NCBI GenBank assembly: GCA_044228505.1
Contig: JBGAUT010000004.1
Span: forward strand, 3,177-67,176
Source of the DNA: Polyangia bacterium
GTDB taxonomy: Bacteria; Myxococcota_A; Polyangia; Palsa-1104; JAEUJZ01
Length of the DNA: 64,000 bases
Direction: 5' to 3'
Shown: one piece after another, positions 45,574-56,277 of the stretch
How positions within the stretch are numbered: position 1 is the stretch's first letter
Layout: every line of letters begins with the position of its first letter
The notes under the pieces: generated by a model
What the model was told of the DNA's origin: nothing
What the model saw: the letters and a program-made list of their open reading frames with translations, nothing else
The model's database searches: none
Translations under genes and position numbers: made by a program

Positions 45574-46821
45574 TTAACCGGACATCGAGGCGATGAAGTC
45601 GCCGTTCGAGTCGGTCTTCGCAATCTTGTCGCGCATGAACTCCATCGCGTCGACCACGTTCAGCGGGTGCAGGAGCTGACGCAGAATCCAGATGCGCCCG
45701 AGGATGCGATCGTCGACCAGCATCTCTTCCTTGCGGGTACCCGACTTGTTGATGTCGAGGCACGGGAAGATGCGCTTTTCCATCAGCTTGCGGTCGAGGT
45801 GGATTTCCGAGTTACCGGTTCCCTTGAACTCTTCGAAGATGACCTCGTCCATGCGCGAGCCGGTGTCGACGAGCGCAGTGGCGATGATGGTCAGCGAGCC
45901 GCCTTCTTCGATGTTGCGGGCAGCGCCGAAGAACCGCTTCGGCTTGTGCAGCGCGTTCGAGTCCACACCACCGGACAGGATCTTGCCCGATGGCGGCACC
46001 ACGGTGTTGTAGGCGCGAGCGAGGCGAGTGATCGAGTCGAGCAGGATCACGACGTCGCGCTTGCACTCGGCGAGGCGCTTGGCCTTCTCGATCACCATCT
46101 CGGCGACCTGGACGTGACGGGCCGGTGGCTCGTCGAACGTCGAAGAGATGACCTCACCCTTGACGGTGCGCTGCATGTCGGTCACTTCTTCCGGGCGCTC
46201 GTCGATGAGCAGCACCATCAGATAGACCTCGGGATGGTTCGCAGTGATGGCGTGGGCGATGTCTTGCAGCAGCACCGTCTTGCCAGCGCGAGGCGGCGAG
46301 ACGATGAGGCAGCGCTGACCTTTGCCAATCGGCGCGAGCATGTCGACAATGCGCGTCGAGTAGTTGCGGTGATCGTACTCGAGCCGGAGCCGCTTATTGG
46401 GGTACAGCGGCGTCAGGTTGTCGAACATGATCTTTTCGCCCTGGTGATCCGGGGCGTCGCCATTGACGCGGTCGACCTTAAGGAGTGCGAAGTAGCGCTC
46501 GCTGTCCTTCGGGGCCCGAATCTGACCTTCGACGGTGTCGCCGGTGCGCAGTCCGAAGCGGCGAATCTGCGAGGGCGAGACGTAGATGTCGTCGGGACCG
46601 GGCAGGTAGTTATAGTCCGGCGAACGGAGGAAGCCAAAGCCGTCGGGAAGCGTCTCAAGAACGCCATCACCGAAGACCTCGCCACGGTTCGAGGAGTGAT
46701 GACGGAGAATCTCGAAGATCAGGTCCTGGCGTCGCATGCCAGAGACGTTCTCGATGTTGAGCCCTTGACCCATATGGATCAGCTCGGACATCTTCTTGCG
46801 CTTCAGCTCAGTCAGGTTCAT
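45574..46821 (-). CDS. rho: Transcription termination factor Rho
   Basis: Full-length collinear match to Rho: [12 protein letters not shown], cold-shock-like RNA-binding domain [14 protein letters not shown], and Walker A/B with RecA-like core [15 protein letters not shown]...[16 protein letters not shown]. Confidence 0.95.
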   Translation of the reverse strand: MNLTELKRKKMSELIHMGQGLNIENVSGMRRQDLIFEILRHHSSNRGEVFGDGVLETLPDGFGFLRSPDYNYLPGPDDIYVSPSQIRRFGLRTGDTVEGQIRAPKDSERYFALLKVDRVNGDAPDHQGEKIMFDNLTPLYPNKRLRLEYDHRNYSTRIVDMLAPIGKGQRCLIVSPPRAGKTVLLQDIAHAITANHPEVYLMVLLIDERPEEVTDMQRTVKGEVISSTFDEPPARHVQVAEMVIEKAKRLAECKRDVVILLDSITRLARAYNTVVPPSGKILSGGVDSNALHKPKRFFGAARNIEEGGSLTIIATALVDTGSRMDEVIFEEFKGTGNSEIHLDRKLMEKRIFPCLDINKSGTRKEEMLVDDRILGRIWILRQLLHPLNVVDAMEFMRDKIAKTDSNGDFIASMSG

Positions 46822-47082
46822 CGGGTTCGTTCCTCGGTTGGATGGGGCGAAGGTAGGGCCGACCGATGACGATTGACAGCGTGGACCAAAGGGTCTCGCT
46901 TCGTCTTTCGGACGTCAGGCCCTAGCGTTCAGGGAATCCGGCTGGTTGTTGTTGGATAACGACGATAGCAGCTGCTCAGGACGAATCTTGGTTGGTTACA
47001 GCCACATCACGGTACGGCAAGCAGAAATTGGTGTCAACGAAGAGATGAGAAGTTAGGCGACGGCTTGGGCCGGGCGCAGCGA

Positions 47083-48672
47083 TCAAAAACCGAGCACGAC
47101 CGGTGTCTCGACAGAAGCCTGTGGTGGCGCGGTCGGCAGAGGTGGGTGGGGTGGCAAGGAGGAATGGGTTGCGGCACCAGGAACCATCTGGGCAGGACGA
47201 GGACTGTGTAACCAGCGCGACAGAAGGTAAAACACCGGCCCGATCGCAATCAGCAGTGCGCCGAGCGTCACCGCAGAGACGCCCCACATGCCAGCCTCGT
47301 TTCGCCCGGACCACAGCGACAATCCAAGCAGGGAAACCGGCAGCAGCCCAAGCAGCACCATCCCAATCGTGCCACCGGGAATCCGAAACGGTCGCAGCAG
47401 CTGCGGCTCACGGATGCGCAGGACGACCAGCGACACGAACTCCAGCAGCACAAGCGCGCCGTAGAGCATCACGTCGATCTGCACCAACCGACGAAAGCCA
47501 AGGCCCAGGCAGGCGGTATACAGCAGCGCGGCCAGCAAAATGCTGCGCTTGGGTGCCCCGGTCTGGGGATCTTTGCGTCCCAGCCACTTGGGCAAAATTC
47601 CGTCGCGAGCCATCGCCAGCGGCAGCCGTGAATAGCTACCAATCAAGGCGTTGAACATCCCGAGTCCACACAGCGCGCCACCCAGGGCAATCGCCACCGC
47701 AAGATATGGTCCGCCGAGACGCCGTCCCACCTCGACCCAGCTTCCGGTGGTCCATTCCTCTGTCGGCAGGCCGCTGGCAATCCCGCACAGGACCGGCACG
47801 ACGTAGCAAATGGAGACGAGCACCACCGTCCAGAACATCGCCCGAGGATAGGTCTTCTGCGGACTCTCGACCTCTGTGGCGACGGGCGACGCATTTTCCC
47901 AGCCCATGTAATTCCACAGGCACAGCAAGATGCCGTTGAGCCAAGGCAGCAGCGAGCCATCGCCGTGCGAGTGAACCTGCAGTTGTTTCATCCAGCCACC
48001 GCCCAGGCGGACTGGACCGGAGCCGCTCAGCGCAATCGCCACCAGCACGACAAACGGCAACAGCAGCGCCGCCGCCATCAGCTGGCTGGCGATGCCAACG
48101 GTGCGGGTGCCACGAAGATTCCACCAGACCGACAGTCCGATCATGGTGAGTGCGGCATACCAGCCGGCACCGCCCACCGATGAGTCCGACAGCGCAGGAA
48201 AGATCTGCCCGAGGTAGGTCACGACGAGCATCGGGTAGATGGCCATGTCGAACAGGCTCATCGCGAGCGCCATCCATGCAGTCTGCACGCCCCAAAACGG
48301 TCCGAGTGCCCGCCGAGCCCATGCGTAGTAGCCGCCTTCGCTCGGAAGCGCCGAGGTCAGCTCGCCGACCATCAGGGTGATTGGCAAACTCCAGATGAAC
48401 GGCACAACGATAAGGAGCAGCAGCGCGCCGCCAAAGCCGTGACCGGCGACGATCTCTTCCAGACCATAGGGTCCGCCGGAGACCACGAAGAAGGTGGTGG
48501 CGATGAGAGCTCTCAGACCGAGCTTGCGGGGGAAGGTCGGTCCGTGGCGATTTCCGCTCGGTTCCTTGGCTTGTCTCGCGACCAGTTTGTGGACGCGAGT
48601 GCGCTGCGTCCTGCGTGGTCGAACACTGGTGTGTGTCGTGGCGAGCTTGGCCACCGAGGAACCGTGCTTCAT
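47083..48672 (-). CDS. APC-superfamily amino acid/polyamine permease. Start re-called at MKHGSS; the track start overlaps the neighbouring gene.
   Basis: 12 TM-like segments with GGPYGLEE and SALPSEGGYYAWARRALG N-terminal motifs. Pro-rich C-terminal tail. Confidence 0.7.
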   Translation of the reverse strand: MKHGSSVAKLATTHTSVRPRRTQRTRVHKLVARQAKEPSGNRHGPTFPRKLGLRALIATTFFVVSGGPYGLEEIVAGHGFGGALLLLIVVPFIWSLPITLMVGELTSALPSEGGYYAWARRALGPFWGVQTAWMALAMSLFDMAIYPMLVVTYLGQIFPALSDSSVGGAGWYAALTMIGLSVWWNLRGTRTVGIASQLMAAALLLPFVVLVAIALSGSGPVRLGGGWMKQLQVHSHGDGSLLPWLNGILLCLWNYMGWENASPVATEVESPQKTYPRAMFWTVVLVSICYVVPVLCGIASGLPTEEWTTGSWVEVGRRLGGPYLAVAIALGGALCGLGMFNALIGSYSRLPLAMARDGILPKWLGRKDPQTGAPKRSILLAALLYTACLGLGFRRLVQIDVMLYGALVLLEFVSLVVLRIREPQLLRPFRIPGGTIGMVLLGLLPVSLLGLSLWSGRNEAGMWGVSAVTLGALLIAIGPVFYLLSRWLHSPRPAQMVPGAATHSSLPPHPPLPTAPPQASVETPVVLGF

Positions 48673-48757
48673 TCTCACTTCACCTCTCTTTACTCGCGCA
48701 GTTTGGAACAACGCTGGAGGGTGTCGCAAGCGCGTTTTTTTGACTTTCTGCGAAAGC

Positions 48758-50596
48758 TCAGAAGGCCTGGCCAAACTCAGCCGAAAAGCGTGGCGCATAG
48801 ATGCTGCCTGCCGACGGAGATTCCAGTGGGAATCCAAGGTCGAGCCGGATCACCTCGCGATTGAACTGCGGTAGCCCCAGCCGGAGCCCAAAGCCGACGT
48901 CCTGGTGATAGGAACTCCCTGAGTACGTGCCGTCGCGGAGATAGCCGTTTAAGACCGGTGGGGCATCACCGCCATCGTAGAAGACGACCGCACCGACGTG
49001 AATGGTCCACAGGTTGATGCCCTTGGTGCGAATCTCGGCATTCACTCGGTACAAGCTGCCACCTTGCAGTGCTCGGGGAGCGTACCCGCGCAGGCCGCTG
49101 TCGGAACCAAGTGTCATCCGCTGCTGTTCGAGATCCCGACCACGAAGCTGGAGCTTGGCCGACAAATGCAGGCGGAACGGACCCACCGCCGGGGTGATCT
49201 CGCGAACCTGGGCAGTTAGGTACTGATTGAGGAGCGAGCCTCGGGGATCGATTCCGTATTGGAGACGCACGCCGCCTTTGACTTCATAGGAAAACAGATT
49301 GCCCGACAGGTAGTGCTGGCTGGCCAAGCTGCCGGAGGCTTCGAGGTAGTCGCTCGAAAAACCAAAGCCGTGCCAGGCGTAGCGCAGCTCCAGGTTCAGC
49401 TCGGGCCCCAGTCGCAGATCCTCGGTCAGCGCCAGCGTCTGAATGTCTTTGAGCCGGATATACCGTGCGGTGTACAGGTTGAGGCCGACAAAGGGACCGC
49501 TCGCGCTCTCACTGCGCGGCAAGAGCTGGCGATAGGCGGTGCGCACCGAATCGGAAATGGTGTCCGGAAAGTCGTCGGGCAAACCATACCTCTGATGCTG
49601 AACGCGAAACCCAAGGGCGAGGTTCAGCTTGTGAATGATGCCCGCCGAGTACTGGACCTGGATCTGACCGGCGATTTGTTCGCGATGAAAAACGTCGGGA
49701 ACCTCTTCACCCTGCACGTTGCGCAAGTAGATCGTTCCGCCGGAAAAGTAGCGCGCAATGTCTTTGACGACTTGCAGCTTGGCTTCCCAACCGAAGCGGG
49801 TTCGCAGCGAAAACAGTGGTCGACCGACCTGTACATAGAGCTGCCCGCCCTCGACCTGACTCGTTTGACGATTGAGGTACAGACCGCCGATCAGCTTGAA
49901 CTGATGGCGTGAGCCCCAAATTCGATAGTCGGTATAGGACATCCCGAGCGCGTAACGCCCCGGGTCGAAGCCAAAATCGACGGACAGGCGCTTGTTGCGA
50001 CCGGCGAGGTTGTGCTCGGCAAACTGAAACGACAGCACATCGAGCCGCGCTTGATCAAAACGGAACTCGGTGTTCAGACGCAGGCTCCACTGATCTTTGG
50101 TAACGACCAGCACCCGCACTTTGTCCGGGGACGAACCACGCACCGCGACCAGACGCGCCACCGACAGGATGAACAACGTACGCAGGTTGCGCCCGCTCTC
50201 CTCGAAGAGATCGCGACGAAACGGCTCTCCCACGTGAAACAGCAGCTCGCGGGAGATGACCTCGTGCCGGGTGCGAACGTGAACGGCGTTCAGCCACGTC
50301 CACGGAATGTACTTGGACAGCGGAAAGTCGCCCGGCAGGATGACCTTGCTCGCATCGATCAGGATTTCTTCGATGATCTTGCCGTCGGGCTGCGGATCGA
50401 GATCGGTCTGGGACAGCTTCAGACGATCGAGCGCGTCTTGGATCAGCTTCTCTTCGTACTGACCGCGCAGGTTGGGCTTGTCGGCCTGCACGGGCTTGTG
50501 CAAACCGGTGACCAGCCCAATCGCCAGCAGGGCCGCCACCAGCCGAATGAGACCACTACGGCGCACGAGCGTCCGAGCCGCTGTCCTTTTTAGCAA
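48758..50596 (-). CDS. Omp85-family outer membrane protein (BamA/TamA-like: POTRA plus surface-antigen beta-barrel)
   Basis: Signal peptide. POTRA-like N-region. Beta-barrel region with alternating hydrophobic strands and a C-terminal aromatic terminus (...FGQAF). The start overlaps the DedA stop, so a non-ATG start is possible. Confidence 0.6.
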   Translation of the reverse strand: MLKRTAARTLVRRSGLIRLVAALLAIGLVTGLHKPVQADKPNLRGQYEEKLIQDALDRLKLSQTDLDPQPDGKIIEEILIDASKVILPGDFPLSKYIPWTWLNAVHVRTRHEVISRELLFHVGEPFRRDLFEESGRNLRTLFILSVARLVAVRGSSPDKVRVLVVTKDQWSLRLNTEFRFDQARLDVLSFQFAEHNLAGRNKRLSVDFGFDPGRYALGMSYTDYRIWGSRHQFKLIGGLYLNRQTSQVEGGQLYVQVGRPLFSLRTRFGWEAKLQVVKDIARYFSGGTIYLRNVQGEEVPDVFHREQIAGQIQVQYSAGIIHKLNLALGFRVQHQRYGLPDDFPDTISDSVRTAYRQLLPRSESASGPFVGLNLYTARYIRLKDIQTLALTEDLRLGPELNLELRYAWHGFGFSSDYLEASGSLASQHYLSGNLFSYEVKGGVRLQYGIDPRGSLLNQYLTAQVREITPAVGPFRLHLSAKLQLRGRDLEQQRMTLGSDSGLRGYAPRALQGGSLYRVNAEIRTKGINLWTIHVGAVVFYDGGDAPPVLNGYLRDGTYSGSSYHQDVGFGLRLGLPQFNREVIRLDLGFPLESPSAGSIYAPRFSAEFGQAF

Positions 50597-51224
50597 ACCG
50601 CATCCGCAGAAACGCGACGACGGCGGGCATGATTGACAAGAATACCACCACGATGATCACCAGCTCGATGCGCTTGGGAATGCTCGGAAACAGCGAACCG
50701 AGAAAGAATCCAAGCAGCGTCATCGACACCACCCACGACACCGCCCCGATGATGTTGTAGAGAGCAAACTTGCGATAGGTCATCGCTCCCACGCCCGCCA
50801 CCACCGGAACGAAGGTCCGCAGGATCGGCATAAAGCGCGCAATGATGATGGTCTTGCCGCCATGCTTTTCGTAGAAAGCGTGGGCTTGGCGAATGTGCTC
50901 GGGGTTGAACAGCCGCGACTTGGGTCGATTGAACAGCGCCGGGCCGGTCCGCTTGCCGATGGAGTACGACAGGGCATCGCCGAGCACCGCCATCACCGAC
51001 AGGGCGACGTTCATCTGAAGCAGGTTGAGTCCGTACTTGGGATTGGCGGCAAACACCCCGGCGGTCACCAGCAGCGAGTCTCCGGGCAGAAAGAAGATCA
51101 TCGCGCCCGTCTCAGCGAAGATGATCCCCATCATCACCAGCAGTGGATAGCCGGTCGAGATCGCCGAGGCGATCAGATCCTCGGGATTGCGAAGCAAGTG
51201 GAGAAACCAGCGCAGCAGTTCCAT
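50556..51224 (-). CDS. DedA/VTT-family membrane protein
   Basis: FLPGDSLL, GKRTG...F, and ARFMPILRTFVPVVAGVGAMTYRKFALYNIIGA. All are DedA hallmarks. Confidence 0.8.
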   Translation of the reverse strand: MELLRWFLHLLRNPEDLIASAISTGYPLLVMMGIIFAETGAMIFFLPGDSLLVTAGVFAANPKYGLNLLQMNVALSVMAVLGDALSYSIGKRTGPALFNRPKSRLFNPEHIRQAHAFYEKHGGKTIIIARFMPILRTFVPVVAGVGAMTYRKFALYNIIGAVSWVVSMTLLGFFLGSLFPSIPKRIELVIIVVVFLSIMPAVVAFLRMRFAKKDSGSDARAP

Positions 51225-51342
51225 GTCGGTACGTATTCCCCCGATTTCGGGTTGGTGAAGGTCGGCGTTTTAGCGCGAATCGAAGTCTACGTCACCAGCG
51301 CCGCGCACCACCCGCTCGAAGGAACCGGCGCGGGCCGCCCCG

Positions 51343-52191
51343 CTAGGCCGGAAGCCCGACGAGCTGGGCACTTAGTTCCCACAAGCGGGTTCGCTCGCTG
51401 GCATCGGTGGCAGCAGGTGAAGGCTTGGCGGGTCGCTGTTTTTTGAAGTAACCACCTGTCACTCCTGCAAGCTCTGGAGAAGTCGCAACGTACACAGAGG
51501 TCAGCGAAGCACTCTGGGGCGAGTCCACAAACGGCGCGGCCAGCCTTCCGAAAAATCTCAACAGCGGCTTTTCACGCAGGATGTCGCTTACCACATCGCC
51601 CGGATGAAGCGCGTTGCTGGTGACACCGGTTCCGGTCAGCCGCGCCGCCAGCTCCGTCGAAAACAGGACGTTGGCAAGCTTGCTCTGGGAATAGGCGCGG
51701 AGTCCGTGGTAGCTGCGCGTGGACTGCGGATCGTCGAAGTGAAAGGTGCTCTGTTTTTCATGGAGCCGCGAGCTGACGTTCACAATCCGTGCAGAGCCCG
51801 ACTCTGTGAGCCGTGGCAGGAGCAGGTTGGTCAGCAGAAACGGTGCGAGGTGATTGACCGCGAAGGTGTCCTCGATGCCATCACGGCTGAGCCGTCGCTC
51901 CGGATGCCACAGTCCGGCATTGTTGATCAGCACATCAATGCGCGGCTGCGTGGCAAGCAGATCGGCGGCCAGGTTGCGGACACCATCGAGCGAGGAAAAA
52001 TCACACAGCCGCGATTCGACCAGTCCCCCCGATGAGTGAGAGCGGACATAGGCCACGGCTTCCTCGGTTCGTTGGTGGTCGCGACCAATCATCACGACCA
52101 CGTAACCGCGCTCGGCCATACCGCGTGCCGTCTCTCGACCGATGCCCGCGCTGGCACCGGTTACTACGCAAACGGGATCTTTGCCTGTCAT
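51343..52191 (-). CDS. Short-chain dehydrogenase/reductase (SDR). Start re-called at MTGKDPV.
   Basis: VVTGASAGIG cofactor motif, NNAG, and YSQSK catalytic Tyr-x3-Lys. Confidence 0.8.
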   Translation of the reverse strand: MTGKDPVCVVTGASAGIGRETARGMAERGYVVVMIGRDHQRTEEAVAYVRSHSSGGLVESRLCDFSSLDGVRNLAADLLATQPRIDVLINNAGLWHPERRLSRDGIEDTFAVNHLAPFLLTNLLLPRLTESGSARIVNVSSRLHEKQSTFHFDDPQSTRSYHGLRAYSQSKLANVLFSTELAARLTGTGVTSNALHPGDVVSDILREKPLLRFFGRLAAPFVDSPQSASLTSVYVATSPELAGVTGGYFKKQRPAKPSPAATDASERTRLWELSAQLVGLPA

Positions 52192-52290
52192 GGCGCAATA
52201 CCGTGTTGTAAGTTGAGCCGCTCGATCATCTGCCGGTGCATACAAAGTACCTGCTGTAACAAACCTGAATTCTCACACAAGGACGGACGA

Positions 52291-53310
52291 TTGATATCAC
52301 GAGAGCGCAAAGATCGATTGGTGATCACTGGTGCCGGCGGTTTCGTCGGCCGACATCTCGCGCAGCGGCTGGTGGCGACTGGGGCCCAGGTGATCGCGTC
52401 CGATCTGCGCGATCCCGGCATCGCGGGCGCTCAGTTTGTCGCCTGTGATGTGACGGATCGCCAGGCCTGTGACCGACTGGTTGCCGACGCCTCGGCGGTC
52501 TTTCATGTGGCCTCGATGGTGCAAACCAGACAGAGCGGAGCGGCCCCGGTGTGGGCAGTCAATCACGGCGGGACACAGAACCTGCTCGCCGCGAGTCAAG
52601 CCGCGAAGGCATCCCGCTTTGTCTACGTCAGCTCTGCCAGCGTGGTGTATCAAGGCGCTGACATTGAAAATGGCGACGAGTCACTTCCCTATGCCGCGCA
52701 ATCTCAAGCTCCGTACGCGGACAGCAAGATCGCGGCGGAGCGCGAGGTGCTCGCGGCCAATGGACAGCAGGGACTGCTCACCTGCGCGGTCCGTCCGCAT
52801 GTGATCTACGGACCCGGTGACGGACGCTTTCTGCCCGCGATCCTCCGCAGAGCCCGCGCCGGAACGCTGCGCTACGGAGTCGGTCGGGACAACAAACTGT
52901 CGGACTTCACGTACATCGACAACCTGATCGATGCGCTGCTGCTGGCGGACCGTCGACTCGCAGAAGATCCCACGCTCGGAGGCCATGCGTGGTTTGTGAC
53001 AAATGGTGAGCCGATCCCGTTTTGGGACTTTGTCGATCGCGTGCTGCGGGCCATGGGAATGGCACCGACCAGAGGCCGGATTCCCTACTCTGTTGCGTAC
53101 GCAGTGGCGACGCTGGCGGAGGGATTGAATACGCTGTCCGGACGTGCCGCTGGGCCAGAGAGCGGGCTGACCCGTTTTGCGATCCGCTACATGTGTACCC
53201 ACCACTACTTCTCGATCGATCGGGCACGCCGCGAGCTGCACTACACTCCCGCGATCAACATCGATGAGGGAATTCGGCGAACCATCGCCGCAGCCTCTGT
53301 TACGGCGTAG
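52291..53310 (+). CDS. NAD-dependent epimerase/dehydratase, 3beta-hydroxysteroid dehydrogenase-like. Probable TTG start with RBS aagga.
   Basis: ITGAGGFVGRHL Rossmann, YADSKIAAE catalytic YxxxK, FVTNGEP. Confidence 0.75.
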   Translation: MISRERKDRLVITGAGGFVGRHLAQRLVATGAQVIASDLRDPGIAGAQFVACDVTDRQACDRLVADASAVFHVASMVQTRQSGAAPVWAVNHGGTQNLLAASQAAKASRFVYVSSASVVYQGADIENGDESLPYAAQSQAPYADSKIAAEREVLAANGQQGLLTCAVRPHVIYGPGDGRFLPAILRRARAGTLRYGVGRDNKLSDFTYIDNLIDALLLADRRLAEDPTLGGHAWFVTNGEPIPFWDFVDRVLRAMGMAPTRGRIPYSVAYAVATLAEGLNTLSGRAAGPESGLTRFAIRYMCTHHYFSIDRARRELHYTPAINIDEGIRRTIAAASVTA

Positions 53311-54898
53311 CGTCTGCTGCCACTGGGAGCGGTCCCAGCGTCCGATCGATCCGCTTCAAAAACGAATACCACGGCTGGCTCAGCCCCGGAATCTGCACGC
53401 TCACATAGTGAAAACCACGGGCGCGCCACTCTGCGGATTCCTGGGCGGACGGAACATAGGGGGCATTCCCTATCCGGTAGACGTTGTAAGTCAAGATGGT
53501 GGGCTTCCGCGACAGGACGTAGTCGAGCGGTGCGAACTTCTGATGCCCGGGACGACTCGAAACGGCTGGCACTTTGTGCGCCACGTACTCATCGGACAAG
53601 CCAAAGCTATCGAGCGCGGCAATCCCTGCGTAATAGACCTGCGCCCCAGCACCTCCGACGACTTGATAGTCATCCGGCTTCACATACTGTCCCAGCCACT
53701 TGCCAATCGCGGCGCGGTCCGCAGTGTAGTGACGCAGATACCCCGGCGTATCAATCCCGTGATCGGCCCCGATAAACGTGAGCGCATGACGATCCACGAA
53801 ATAGGAATTGGTTGCATGCAGCGCCGCGAACACCATCAGCGATCCGGCAATGAGGAGCCGACTCTGATCCTGAAGCAGTCGCCACAGCCCAAGGACTCCG
53901 GTTAACACCAGCAGCGGCACGATCGGCATCACGAAGCGATACAGCCCCATGAAGTCTCCACCGACGGAAACTACATAGAGCAAAAACGGCCCGGCCCAGA
54001 TCAAAAGGAGTCCACCGGCCAGCCTGTAGGAGTCCTGTAGCTTCTGAGGTAGGGGCCTCACAAAGCCCATCAGATACAAAAGGGGCAGCACAAACAGCTT
54101 CAGGTCTCGCATCACAGCCCATAGATAGTAGCGACCTTGCTGCCACGCGCCGCTGCCTCCCGACGACTTGATGTAGAACGTATTAGGCACATAGTATCCG
54201 TAATATAAACGACGCCACACGATGTGCGGTACCGTCAGAAGCAGGAACATAAGAAGCAGGCTCCACTCCTGTTTTGTCGGCACAAGCTCTCGCTTCTGCA
54301 ACTTCACAATCAGTCGGTGAAGCGCCAGCAGACCAAACAGCAGATAGCCTTCCGGCCGCGTCAGAGCCGCCAGCCCGATCGTGATTCCGATTCCGTACAG
54401 AGCCGGATGCCGACCCTCTGTTTCTTCGACCACCGCAACCAGATACAGTCCCAACGACAGCGTACACAAGAGCGTAAAAAGCTGCGTCTCCAGACCCCCG
54501 GAAGCCCAGCACGCATAGCCCGGAATCCCTGCCAAGATCCAGGCCGGAACGCCATCCCACAGAGAGCGAGCGTTCCCCCGCAACCGTCTCAGAATCACCC
54601 CGCAAAATAACATCGTGGCGATGGCACAGAGCGTTCCCAAAACCCGCGAAGACAGCTCCGCAGGAATCTTGAGCACAAGGCCCAGCGCAAGCAGAAGGGT
54701 CCACAAAAAGTTGGTGTACCCTTCCACGCGCTCGCCCAGATTGAACACCAGCGCGCCGTGCTCTACCAAGTTTTTGGCATAGACAAACGAGATGAATGCA
54801 TCGTCGGTGACGAAGTTAAACTGCAGGCTATGGAAACACAGCAAAGCTGCTGCAAGTCCCAGCGAAACATACAGCGCTACACGGGGTGAAGTAGGCAT
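53300..54898 (-). CDS. GT-C fold membrane glycosyltransferase (ArnT/PMT-like). Start re-called at MPTSPRVAL.
   Basis: N-terminal TM then DDAFISFVYAKNL (GT-C DD/DE motif in the first periplasmic loop). About 11 TM helices. Large C-terminal soluble domain. Confidence 0.55.
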   Translation of the reverse strand: MPTSPRVALYVSLGLAAALLCFHSLQFNFVTDDAFISFVYAKNLVEHGALVFNLGERVEGYTNFLWTLLLALGLVLKIPAELSSRVLGTLCAIATMLFCGVILRRLRGNARSLWDGVPAWILAGIPGYACWASGGLETQLFTLLCTLSLGLYLVAVVEETEGRHPALYGIGITIGLAALTRPEGYLLFGLLALHRLIVKLQKRELVPTKQEWSLLLMFLLLTVPHIVWRRLYYGYYVPNTFYIKSSGGSGAWQQGRYYLWAVMRDLKLFVLPLLYLMGFVRPLPQKLQDSYRLAGGLLLIWAGPFLLYVVSVGGDFMGLYRFVMPIVPLLVLTGVLGLWRLLQDQSRLLIAGSLMVFAALHATNSYFVDRHALTFIGADHGIDTPGYLRHYTADRAAIGKWLGQYVKPDDYQVVGGAGAQVYYAGIAALDSFGLSDEYVAHKVPAVSSRPGHQKFAPLDYVLSRKPTILTYNVYRIGNAPYVPSAQESAEWRARGFHYVSVQIPGLSQPWYSFLKRIDRTLGPLPVAADATP

Positions 54899-55608
54899 TG
54901 CCGAACCACCTCGAACAGCGCACCGCACGCGATCAGCACGAGCAGGTGAAAGACCTCGTGATACCCAAAGACCTTGGGAAAGGGATTCGGACGCTTGCGC
55001 GCATAGGTCAGCGCACCGAGGGTATAAATGATGCCGCCACCGACGTGGAGTGCCACCACTTGGGGCCCCAGATTGCGCCACTCTCCTGGGAGTCCCAGGG
55101 CCCCGGTCCAGCCCAGGACGACATAGATTCCGACATGCAAAAAGCGCGGTGCGGTCGGCCAAAACACGGTCTGAAGCACTCCCAACACCGCGCCAGTCCA
55201 CAACACCGCGCAGAGCAGCTTGCCATAGGAGCCGCCCACTCCGACGACGGTAATCGGGGTGTAGCTACCGGCGATAAACAGAAAGATGTTGGCGTGATCG
55301 AGCCGCTTCATCTTGGCGCGAGCAGCCGGTTGCCAGTGCTTGCGATGATACAAAGCACTGATTCCGAGCAGCGCGATCAGCGACACCCCATAGACGATCG
55401 CACACAGACGCGCTGGTGGTGACGCGGCCTGGCTGAGCAGCCAGTAACCGAGCGGGAATGCCAAAAAGAACGCAATCTGATGCGAGACGCCGCGCAACAG
55501 CGGCTTTTCAAGGACCGTTACGACCTCATCAACCGTCGCGTAAAGTCCGTGCGCAGCCGACGGCGGCGTCGATTTCCCGGCCACTTTCCGGGCCTTCTTC
55601 TGAGCCAT
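54877..55608 (-). CDS. Hemolysin III / PAQR-family 7-TM protein
   Basis: LRGVSHQIAFF, RLDHANIFLFIAGSYTP, and EVFHLLV His-containing motifs of the HlyIII family. 243 aa. Confidence 0.8.
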   Translation of the reverse strand: MAQKKARKVAGKSTPPSAAHGLYATVDEVVTVLEKPLLRGVSHQIAFFLAFPLGYWLLSQAASPPARLCAIVYGVSLIALLGISALYHRKHWQPAARAKMKRLDHANIFLFIAGSYTPITVVGVGGSYGKLLCAVLWTGAVLGVLQTVFWPTAPRFLHVGIYVVLGWTGALGLPGEWRNLGPQVVALHVGGGIIYTLGALTYARKRPNPFPKVFGYHEVFHLLVLIACGALFEVVRQCLLHPV

Positions 55609-55620
55609 CTACCGACGTGC

Positions 55621-56241
55621 CTACGATCGCTTCACGAGCGTCACGATGTTGCGCTGCGGCGGCGCATGCTCGATCACGGCCTGCTGCAAGCCGAGCCGCC
55701 CGAGCACAAACTCGACAGCACGTACGCGCTCCTGCATCGATGGCGTATCAATCGGCAGATACGGAATCCGGAACTGCTCTAGGAGCAGCTTGACCATGCC
55801 ATCAATGCGAACCACAGAGTCCCAATCGACCCCGGCGCGCACTCCGTCTTCGCGCAGCAACGAACGGTGCGGACGCACGAAGAACACCACGCCTTCGGCA
55901 ACCCACTCCATGTACTGACGGACTTCTTCGCCGCTTTGGCCCGACATGATCTCGCCGAGTGCCAGCGCATGCTCGGCGGCATAGGCCAGGTTGTCAAAGG
56001 CGCGATCGGAGACAAAGCCCTTCTCTTGGAGCTTCTCAATCGCAATCTGGCGCTCGAACACCCGACGCTGGTAGTCGCTCACTCGCTCCATGTCGGTGCG
56101 AAGAGAGTCGAGGTCGATCTCCAGCTCGGCGAGCACGGCGCGAGCAACCTCGGTGATCATGGGCAGCCCGTAGCGACGGCTGACCCAGCGGGTCATGGTG
56201 GTCTTACCGGTAGCGTGAGAACCAACAAAGTAGATGCGCAT
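55621..56241 (-). CDS. P-loop NTPase (AAA_28-like small ATPase/kinase)
   Basis: Walker A GSHATGKTT at the N-terminus. About 200 aa. Confidence 0.5.
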   Translation of the reverse strand: MRIYFVGSHATGKTTMTRWVSRRYGLPMITEVARAVLAELEIDLDSLRTDMERVSDYQRRVFERQIAIEKLQEKGFVSDRAFDNLAYAAEHALALGEIMSGQSGEEVRQYMEWVAEGVVFFVRPHRSLLREDGVRAGVDWDSVVRIDGMVKLLLEQFRIPYLPIDTPSMQERVRAVEFVLGRLGLQQAVIEHAPPQRNIVTLVKRS

Positions 56242-56277
56242 GGCGGCCCTGGGCCTAACAGCCTGAGCCGTAAACTG

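Noticed and set aside
47083-48837. Track N-terminus of the APC permease (MDSHWNLRRQ...) overlapping the Omp85-like gene
   Set aside because: The extension is Arg-rich with no TM segment and overlaps the neighbouring CDS by about 80 nt. The first Met before the first TM helix (MKHGSS, 48672) is the more plausible start.
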